Source: Macrostomum lignano
Taxonomy: Eukaryota
NCBI GenBank assembly: GCA_002269645.1
Contig: NIVC01000798.1
Location: 154,191 to 218,190 of the forward strand
DNA: 64,000 nt
Direction of reading: 5' to 3'
Every line of letters begins with the position of its first letter. Position 1 is the first letter of the stretch. The notes below the pieces were generated by a model. It was not told the origin of the DNA. It worked only from the letters and a program-made list of their open reading frames with translations, and searched no databases. Below are positions 55,201-64,000 of this stretch, one piece after another. A program made the translations under genes and the position numbers.

Positions 55201-58200
55201 ATCGCCCCTGAACCAACTATCCCTGTGAGAGAATCGCCCCTGAACCAACTATCCCTGTGAGAGAATCGCCCCTGAACCAACTATCCCTGTGAGAGAATCG
55301 CCCCTGAACCAACTATCCCTGTGAGAGAATCGCCCCTGAACTAACCATAATTGTGAGAGAATAACTCCTGAAGCAACCATAGCTGTGAGAGAATCGCCCC
55401 TGAACCAAACAGCCCTGTGAGAGAATCGCCCCTGAACCAACTATCCCTGTGAGAGAATCGCCCCTGAACCAACCATAATTGTGAGAGAATAATTCCTGAA
55501 GCAACCATAGCTGTGAGAGAATTGCCCCTGAACCAAAAAGCAATGTGAGAGAATCGCTTCTGAACCAACCATACCTGTGAGAGAATCGCTTCTGAACCAA
55601 CCATAACTGTGAGAGAATCGCCCTGAACCAACTATCTCTGTGAGAGAATCGCTTCTGAACCAGCTATCTCTTTAAGAGAATCGCTTCTGAACCAACCATC
55701 CCCGTGAGAGAATCGCCCCTGAAGCAACCATACTTGTAAGAAAATCGCCCTAAACCAACCATCCCTGTAAGAGAATCGCCCCTGAAGCAACCATACTTGT
55801 AAGAAAATCGCCCTAAACCAACCATCCCTGTAAGAGAATCGCCCCTGAAGCAACCATACTTGTAAGAAAATCGCCCTAAACCAACCGGCCCTGTGAGAGA
55901 ATCGCCCCTGAAGCAACCATACTTGTAAGAAAATCGCCCTAAACCAACCGGCCCTGTGAGAGAATCGCCATGAACTGACAGACCACGCAATAGTATACAG
56001 TACAGTAATCAAGTGCTGAAATTCAATAGGTCTCGGTGCTAACTAACGTATAACTAGTACGAAGGCAAGGCTTTTGCGTGTGCTAAGCATTTTTTCCTGA
56101 CAGGTCTCTGTACATTCTTTTTGTCCCTATAGATTATAGAAAGTCAACTCGTTACAATGTATATGTATATATATACTCTGGGCGTCAACTTGCTTTTCAA
56201 GTCAGCACGTCAAGTCCATTTCGCTCACGCTCTATGCAAACAAATAAAGGCAACCACGCCAGACTGGGGGTATTGATATTCTAAGTGCACTATATATAGA
56301 AAATCAATTGCTGCATTGTAACTTGAACTTGCAGCATTCAGTCCTCATATGCAGAATCATTCAGTTCTCATATCCAAAATCATTCAGTCCTCATATCCAG
56401 AATCATTCAGTCCTCATGTCCAGAATCATTCAGTCCTCATATCCAGAATCATTCAGTCCTCATGTCTAGAATCATTCAGTCCTCATATCCAGAATCATTC
56501 AGTCCTCATGTCCAGAATCATTCAGTCCTCATGTCCAGAATCATTCAGTCCTCATATCCAGAATCATTCAGTCCTCATGTCCAGAATCATTCAGTCCTCA
56601 TGTCCAGAATCATTGAGTCCTCATATCCAGAATCATTCAGTCCTCATGTCCAGAATCATTCAGTCCTCATGTCCAGAATCATTCAGTCCTCATATCCAGA
56701 ATCATTCAGTCCTCATGTCCAGAATCATTCATTCCTCATGTCCAGAATCATTCAGTCCTCATATCCAGAATCATTCATTCCTCATGTCCAGAATCATTCA
56801 GTCCTTATGTCCAGAATCATTCACGCCCTCAGCCCCAAAATCCTTTATTCCCCCAATTTAATCCCCGTTCTCAGAATCCTCCAGCCTTCATCCCTAGAGT
56901 ATTCTAATCCTCACGCTCAAATTACCTTAACGCTCATCCCCCAGCCCTTAGTAGTTCTTAATTCCCCGTAGTTCTAGATAAAATTGAGCTGATCTATTTC
57001 TTTAATCTAAATTCTACATGCAATGAGTACATCTAATATCAATAGTTTACAGTATGAAAAATCAGTTGTATGAATAGTTGAACTGTATACATTTGTATGC
57101 TTGATTGTGTTCTATTTTTGGATTCTCATCACCAAGCAAAGCAAAAGCAAACTTGTGCATAGTGACATCGTAGCTTCTGTATAATGGCTTTGATGGGCTT
57201 TGATGCAGATTTGTTGTTAACTGACCCGGCCAGTTCCAATGCACAAAAGTTAAACCATTAACAAGAGTATTCATAAGCAGGCGATGGAAGCCGCAGAGCT
57301 GCATTTGTGTGTACTTTTCATTTTTAATCAACTGGCTGCATAGGCTGGCTGAAATCTGCGGGCTCTGTCTGGGCCGGTGCGGGATCTTGTCACGTGCTAC
57401 TTTCCTGTACCGAATATCTATCTATCCCCCCTAGCCGCCCAGCACTAGCTTTGATATTTGGTGCATATAGTGCGCCTGGTGGCTAATGATACTACTCACT
57501 AGAATAAGTAGTGTGCCTTTTTTAAAGTAAGAAAATAAATTCGCCACTTAATCAATGCTGTCGGAGAAGGAACCGAATGCGATATGGGGAAATGAGTGCA
57601 AAACCCCGGGAGAGGTTGAGTAAAAATAGAACTGCGATGATGAGGAGAGACGGAGACGTGAGGAGACAAGAGTGTGGATCTCAGTGCACCGCTAACGCAC
57701 TCGCTCCTGCTAGGACGGAGGATTCCATGCAGCCCGCGGATCTGATAAATCCTCTCTATACACAGCTATCGTACAGACAGCGTGCGTGCGGGTTGGGCAG
57801 TTTTTCCTCAACTGGCAATCCTAGTTTATTCCGCAATCTTTTCTCCCCTCTCTTTCTCCCCTCTTATTCCTGTCTTCGAGTTCCCCTCGTTGGATTTATG
57901 GGGGAAAGCTGCTAGCAGATCTCTCTCTCTCTCTTTGTACTTTTCCACCCCTTTCCCTATGACGAATCCCACGCTTGATGCCCTTTTGTTAACATTTGCC
58001 CTCACTCCTGACCTTGATAATTTGGAAAACGGGAAAGCGGAAACAAAAACACAGCAGCAACTCTAAGAGATAAAGGGAAAGAAAGTGCCTAACACAAAGA
58101 TATCACACTATTGCTTTTTAAAGTACAGATTTGAGTGCTTTTTTCCATAGACACTGTTTAGCTGGTCGTAAAACTGATTTAAAGTACAACTTTGATTGGC

Positions 58201-61200
58201 TATAGACATAAGCTGACCTTGAAACCGATTGAAAGCACAACCTTAAGTGGGTTTATCTATAGAAACTTTCTCTAATTTGTTGCTCCACAGACCCCTTTTG
58301 GGCCATAGACAATGAAAAGCAATTCTTTGATAGCTCTATTCTCCCAGTTAGGATTAGATTGCTCAATTGGCTTAGAAATTGTAGATTTGTATTCTCCGTT
58401 TTCCCAGTTGTTTTTACAAGCTATATAATCCCTAAGTTATTGATTTGCTCGGCCTGGTAAAACATAAAGGACAGTTAGGGCAGGGGTCTATATGCTTTTT
58501 TATGTTGCACCAACACTATTTGGTTGTAAATCTAGGTCCTAGGATGTTAAGCCCCCCGGCTTGTTACACGCTCGCCTGACTCTACTCATTACTGGATTGG
58601 GAGTGGCCAGGGAGTACTAAGAGATATTGATTATCTATAGAATGTAGTGTACCGCTCTACTTCATAACTAGATTCCTAGCTTGAATTATCCATGGAGTGT
58701 GGGCGCTGGCTTTTTTACTAGCTGAAAATCAAGCTCTAGGTACAATTGGTTGATAAGGCCTAGATAAAAGTATTAATTAACCAGAAGCTAGCTTGTATAG
58801 CTACAATCGTCTGTTAGTTATGCTTACAGTTAGTAATTTCATATATATCGCTCGTATTTCCAGCCACATCCGCAATCTGTGTTAACACCATTGATGCTTT
58901 TTGGGGATTCTTTTCAGTTAAAGGTGGGAGGACATCTATATGATTATTAATTGTTATTCAAGAAGCTGTCATAGAAACGGCTCGAGTCTTCTTCTTAGCT
59001 GGCTTCTTTCTCTCTCTATTCCCTTGCTTTAATGCACTAGTCCCGGTGAGAGAAGAAGGCACTTTCTGTACCCTGCTCGGCCCTACTCATTTCTCTGCCT
59101 CACTGCCTGCTCTAGCGCATGCACTCTCTCCCTCTCACTCTCTCTTCTCTGTCATACTCTATCGATTGCTAGCGCTGCGTCCCTCAGCTCTACCCCCTGC
59201 CTCTGCCTTCATCCCGATAGTGCGCCCCACTCGTGCTTTCCAGCCCACCCCTCTCCTTCCAGCAAAAGCCTGTACAGTTAGTTTCTGTCATTTCCTTACT
59301 GCAGATTTTCTTTAGGCACCAGTCCCAACCCCCAGCCCAAGAAAGCCCCAACGCCCGCAGTAGGCCTCTCATTTGAGGAGCAGCAGGGGAGGGTGCTGGC
59401 CTGTAACCCGCCCGACCCGTTGCGTGCTGTGCTGTCACGGTGAGAGGGAGAGAGGTGGGGTTGTGGCTCTGCTGCCGTCTTATTTTCCTGCCTATATGCT
59501 AAAAATGCAAGAATTGGAAGGAGGAGTCAGGAGGCCCACACTGTAGCAGGGATAGGGCAGTGCGTTTTCGCCTTTGTTGTGTTTATTCCCTACCCCTATC
59601 CGCATCACCAAATCGATTATCCCCCTCCCGCTCTCTATCCTGCCTGCCTCCCCATCCCCTCTCTGACCGGCTGTATCTCGCTGTCCCTGGCAACCCGACT
59701 CAAATAGAAATACTGCACGGCAGTACCTCGCCCGGACAGAACTGGTGCCGCAAAAGGGGAGAGACTCTCTCTGTCCCGTCCCCTCTGTCTCACCGTCCGT
59801 CTGGCCTTCTCTTTCACCTTTCCCAATCCCCGTGTCCTTCGCCGCTCTCCATCCGGTTTGCGGTGATCGGTTCGCACAGCTGCCCCCCCCCTGAACTCGC
59901 GGACATTAGTTACTTTATTTCCCCTGCGCCTGAAATTCTCCAAATATTGTTTGATAGCGACGCCAGCCTCCCAGTCAATCCTTGCGCACTGGAAGGCGCC
60001 GGCAGCAAAATTGATTGCCTAAAATGCATTTTCAGGCATCGAGGCAGTCGCAGCTCCTCGTCAGGGCTAGCCGCCTTTGGTGCTGCACCGTCAGCCATGG
60101 CCACCCAGCAGCAGCCCTCGTCATCGTCTCAAGCAGCGGCCGCTTCTGACGCAGTCGCCGGTTCCGCCTCCACCCAAGCCGCTATGGACGGGCGCGCCGG
60201 CGCGAGCGGCGCCGGATCAGCCGAGGCCGGGGCTGCTGCTTCCGCCGCTAGCGCCTCCTCCGCGGGCGGCGCCACGTCTTCGTCCTCTCAGCCGGCGCCG
60301 CCCCAGGCGCCGAGAAGCTTCCGGTTCGGCTCCGCCGACGCCATGCTTTTGCACTGCGGATTATCCGACGGCACTCCGGAAGAATTGCAGCGGCTCGAAC
60401 AGCTGCTCGAGTCCAACGCTTTCCTAGGCGCTCACATGCACCAGCTGGTGGCGTCCCGCCTGTCCACCGGTGCCGCCCAGCGGGCTCACCACCTGCTGCA
60501 GAGCCTCCAAGCTGCCGGCTCCGACCCCGAAGCCACGCTGCGCTGCCTGCACGATCTTCACCAGCTGCTTCTCATGGGCAACGAGGAGTCCTTAGCTGGC
60601 TTCCCGGCCAAAGCTGCCGTGCCGCTTATTGCCCAATGCCTGCCCTCGCCGTGCGTGCAGACCTGCTTCCTGGCCTGCCAGTGTCTCAACTGCCTGCTAG
60701 ACCGGCTGCCCCGAAGCGCCTCCTGCGCTCTGGACGCCCTGCCCGCTCTGCTAGACAAATCCCAGCCGTTGGAAGTCATCGACGTTGCCGAGGCCGCTCT
60801 GTCGGCCGTGGAGCTGCTCTCCCGCCGTCACGGCCGCGCCGTACTGCAGGCCGGTGGCGTCTCCGCCTGTCTGCAGCACATTGACTTCTTCACCGCCGAC
60901 ATGCAGGCCCGTTCGCTGGCCGTGGTCGCCAACTGCTTCCAGCATGTCCGACCGGATGATTTTCATCTGGTGGCCGACTGCCTGGCCCCGTTGGCCGAGC
61001 GGCTCCGCCTGCCCGATCAGCGCGTGGCGGAGCGCGTGGTTGCCTGCTTCGGCCGCCTGTTGGAGAGCTGCCAGTCCGATCGCGGCCTGCTGATGCGCGT
61101 GGCCAACCAGGGCTCCCTGCTGGCCAACCTGCAGCAGCTGCTCATGGCCGGCAGTCCCTGCGCTTTCCACACCGCCCTCCGCGCTCTGCGCACCGCCAGC

Positions 61201-64000
61201 GCCGCCTGTCCTGAGCTGGCCGTTCAGCTGCTTCGCGACGGATTGGCTGACAATCTTCGATACCTGCTAGCGCCTGCCGCCTCCGCCAGGTCCGCTTCGT
61301 CTGGCGACACTCTGGAAACTGTTCGCCTAATCTGCGAGCTCCTGCCGCCACTGCCCGGTCCGTCTTCATCCGCCGCTTCCGGCTCCTCGGCGGCTGCCGT
61401 TTCCGCCTCTTCCGCTTCTCTGTTAGCAGTGGACGCCGCTGCCGTTGGCGGCTTCTCCGTCTGTCCGTCCGGCCCCACGGCCCAGTGGATGTGGCAGGAC
61501 GACAAAGGCGGCTGGCGGGCGTACTCGCCGGACACTAGCCAGGCTATTGAGCAGGCCTACCAGACTGGGGAACAGCCCGAGCTGCCTGTTGTAGCCGCGG
61601 GTCGGACCTACCTTATTGACCTGGCCCGCGGAGAGCAGGTGAGCCCAATAGAGAGAGAATATGAGTTTTAATTATCACTGTCGTTAGCTCAGTCCTCAAT
61701 CTGGGCAAAACTTTACTCCAATTATTATTTTCAGATCAACGAAGAGACCGGCAACACGCGACCTGTGCAGCGGCGACTCATCGACTCGCCGTCCGCTTCG
61801 CCTAGCGGCGCCGCTGCCGCCTCCGCCTCTGTTTCAACCACCGGAGCAGCCGCCTCTACTGCAGCCGAGGCCGGACGCGACGCCCGCGCCGAGCTCATCG
61901 CCGAGGGCGGCGAGCTAGCGGCCCGCCTTGTAGAGACTCTCCTGCCGGCTCTGCTTGACACGTTCACCGATTCCAGCAGCCAGTCGGTCCGTCTGGCATG
62001 CCTGCAAGCCGTGCTCCGCCTGCTGTGCCACTGCGAGCCCGCGCTGCTCCGCCCGGCCATCAGTCCTCATAGTCTGGCCGGCTGCCTGGCCGGAATGCTG
62101 GCCGCTCAGGACCTGCGAGTTGTGGCCGGCGCCGTCCAGCTGGCCGGCTTGCTGTTGGCCCGCCTGCCCGATCTGCTCACCGTCAGCTTCCGTCGGCAGG
62201 GCGTGGTGCACGCGCTCGAGCGGATTGCCAACTGCTCGCATCCGCTCTTCCAGCAGCAGTCGGCACTGTCCACCGGCTCTTCTACGGCCGCCCACCCAGC
62301 TGCCCATCCGGCGTCATCTAGTGGAGGCTCGGCCACTGCGCCAACCACGCCAACAACTCCGACAACGCCGACAACCCCGGAGCCGGCCACCGCCGCTGCC
62401 ACCGCCCGCCTAACCGACTTTCTTCGTCGCAGGAAAACGGCAGCCGCCGCGGCCGCCGCTTCGGCCAGTTCGGGCGCTTCCGCCCAGCCGGAGGAGGTCG
62501 CCTCAAGCGGTCGGGTGACTCGCAGCGGCCGCAGCGATGCCAGCGGCTCAACCCGCGCTAAATCTGGCCGCCTGGCCGCCCGAGCGCACAGCCTGTTCAG
62601 CCACCTGGCTCCATGGGCTCAGCGCCCGCCTCCGCCGCCGCCGTCGCGGCCCAGCCCAGCCGAGCAAGCGCAGGCCGCCGCCAGAGCCGGGGACCGGGTT
62701 CGAGCCTGGGCCAGGGAGCAGGCCGCCCGGCTCTGCCGTACTCACTTTGCCTCTCCGCTGCCCTCGGACCCGGCGGCCGCGGTGGCCAGACTAGGCCAGC
62801 TGGCGCAGTGCCTGCCGGACTCGCTGCCGGAGGTGGCCAGCCTGCTTAGCCAAGCGGATCTCAGCGCATTCGAGCTGCTGCACTGCGGCCTGCTGCCCGC
62901 TCTGCAGGCCTGCCTGTGTCCCCGGCCCCCAGCCTGTCAGGACAGGCCGCTGCGCGCATTCGCTACGGTATTTCTCCGCCTGCCCGACTGTCCGATGACG
63001 AAATCGACGGCTGTCGCCTCGGCTGCGGGGCCGCTGTCGCGGCTCGTGTCCCAGCTGCTGGCCTGCCTGCACCAGACTGAATCATTCAGCGTGCGCGTGG
63101 CCGACGCCCGAGGCGGCGGCTCCCTGCTGAGCCAGCTGGGCTCGCATCAGCTGCGCTGCTTGCTGGTGCGGCATCCCGGCGCGCCTCCGCCGCAAGATCC
63201 GCACTCGGAGCCGGCCGGACCTGTCAAGGTTTCTCCATTTGTACTTTTAATTTGATTTATATTATAGTCTAACTAATGTCAGCTATGTCAGAGCCTGAGT
63301 GTTATTTACACTACCCACCGCCTGCAGGTCGACCCGCTCGCTCTGGTGCACACTGTCGAGCGCTACCTCGCCGAACGAATCGGCGATTCCGACGATGGCG
63401 AACCCGACGGCGGCAGCGGCAGCGGCAGCGGCGGCGGAGGCGATGGCGGCGCGGATGAGGACAGCTCCGGCACCGAGCCGGAGGACTCCGCCGAGCCAGT
63501 TGAACCTGCCGCATCTGCCAGCGCAGCGGCGGCCGCTCGGCGTCGTCGACGCCGCCGTCTCCGACTCCAGCTGCTGATTGGCGACGCCGTGCTGCAGTCC
63601 AGCATGACTGTCCTGCAGGCTGTCCGCCTGCACAGCGCCGGCTGCAGCTCAGACAATCCGGACCCTCTGTCCGGCCTGGCCTCCGTGTGGGCCCGCACCC
63701 ACACCATCTACTATCGGCCCGTGCCGTCAGCCGCTTCTGCCGCTGGCTCCAACACTCGCAGCCATGCTGGGCACCAACAGCAGTCGCAGTCGCATCGCCG
63801 GTCTCGCGCCGCTACCGAAGGCTCCTCGCCAGCCGCATCGGCCATTTACAATGCCGCCACAGCCGCCGCCGCTGCCGCTAAGGCTGCCGCCGCTTCGCCG
63901 CTGCGGCATTATCAAGACCAGCAGGCTCTGCAGGCCATCTCCGGCCTCACCGACCCCTGCCGGTCTGTGCTGTCGCTCCTGTCTGTGCTGTACGGCCTCA
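49231..64000 (+). CDS. TRIP12: TRIP12/UFD4-like E3 ubiquitin ligase (basic IDR, ARM repeats, WWE); runs off the window end before the HECT domain
   Basis: Exons 49231-49292, 49478-49520, 50340-50716, 54679-54771, 60036-61638, 61735-63228 and 63328->64000; phases are consistent (2,0,2,2,0,0). Motifs QLLLMGNEESLAGFP, IDVAEAALSAVELLSRRH, WWE domain WMWQDDKGGWRAY...YLIDL...|INEETG, GPVK|VDPLALV, WARTHTIYYRP. The four 5' exons (S/R/K-rich, low complexity) are assigned from splice signals and phase only, so are less certain. Confidence 0.9.
49593..50235. repeat. 16-bp satellite (TTTAGGGACTGTGGAG)n in TRIP12 intron 2
   Basis: About 40 homogeneous units, with a TTTAGTG variant interspersed. Confidence 0.97.
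50820..51110 (+). repeat. Degenerate CTGT/TCTG-rich repeat
   Basis: Recurrent CTGTGTCTGACTGTCTG units. Confidence 0.8.
51650..52130 (+). repeat. Pyrimidine-rich low-complexity tract (CCCCATCTCT-like)
   Basis: Almost purely C/T with periodic A. Confidence 0.85.
52755..53345 (+). repeat. ~28-bp degenerate minisatellite (CATTCTCTCACACTCGTTCACTCACTTT)
   Basis: Periodic TTCACTCAC/CATTCTCTC units. Confidence 0.9.
54836..55975. repeat. 32-bp minisatellite (CCCCTGAACCAACCATCCCTGTGAGAGAATCG) ending in a 63-bp dimeric higher-order repeat
   Basis: About 35 head-to-tail units with no spacers; from ~55715 the units alternate 32 and 31 nt. Confidence 0.95.
56330..56822. repeat. 23-bp minisatellite (CATTCAGTCCTCATRTCCAGAAT)
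   Basis: About 21 tandem units. Confidence 0.95.

Noticed and set aside
54836-56822. 32-bp and 23-bp arrays as CRISPR, and their ORFs
   Set aside because: Units are head-to-tail with no unique spacers, there are no cas genes, and the context is a eukaryotic intron.
59560-60035. N-terminal part of the 703-aa ORF
   Set aside because: Low-complexity intronic/UTR-like sequence upstream of the acceptor at 60035; TRIP12-like coding starts after it.
60558-63915. Numerous antisense and alternate-frame ORFs over TRIP12 (also over IFT80 and otopetrin)
   Set aside because: Shadow ORFs of GC-rich coding sequence with no recognisable motifs.

Overview
Eukaryotic (animal) genomic DNA. GC-rich, poly-Ala/poly-Gln exons, (GACA)n-rich introns and an RPRY-type neuropeptide are compatible with a free-living flatworm such as Macrostomum (inference; not verifiable here). 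Five protein-coding genes can be reconstructed by hand: a two-exon NPY/NPF-family neuropeptide precursor (-, 9084-9527); an otopetrin-family proton channel with one coding exon (-, 11931-13871); a 13-exon polypyrimidine tract-binding protein (PTBP/hephaestus; +, 16334-34524); a 3-exon IFT80 (-, 37318-40142); and the 5' part of a TRIP12-like ARM/WWE/HECT E3 ligase (+, 49231 to window end). The rest is TIR elements/MITEs, two CORE-type tRNA-SINEs, Tc1-like and hAT transposase relics, many mini/microsatellites and CpG-depleted blocks. Most interesting: (1) the PTB gene keeps an exact counterpart of the 34-nt frameshifting autoregulatory exon of vertebrate PTBP1/2, with a premature stop in the next exon if it is skipped; (2) PTB exons 2-3 (249 nt, phase 0/0) lie between two ~1.1-kb complementary (GACA)n/(TGTC)n arrays, a candidate dsRNA/circRNA/exon-skipping device; (3) transposon-filled blocks show near-total CpG loss plus TpG/CpA-to-TpA differences resembling RIP-type hypermutation; (4) an unusual DRPRY-amide NPY. 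All coordinates and counts were read by eye.
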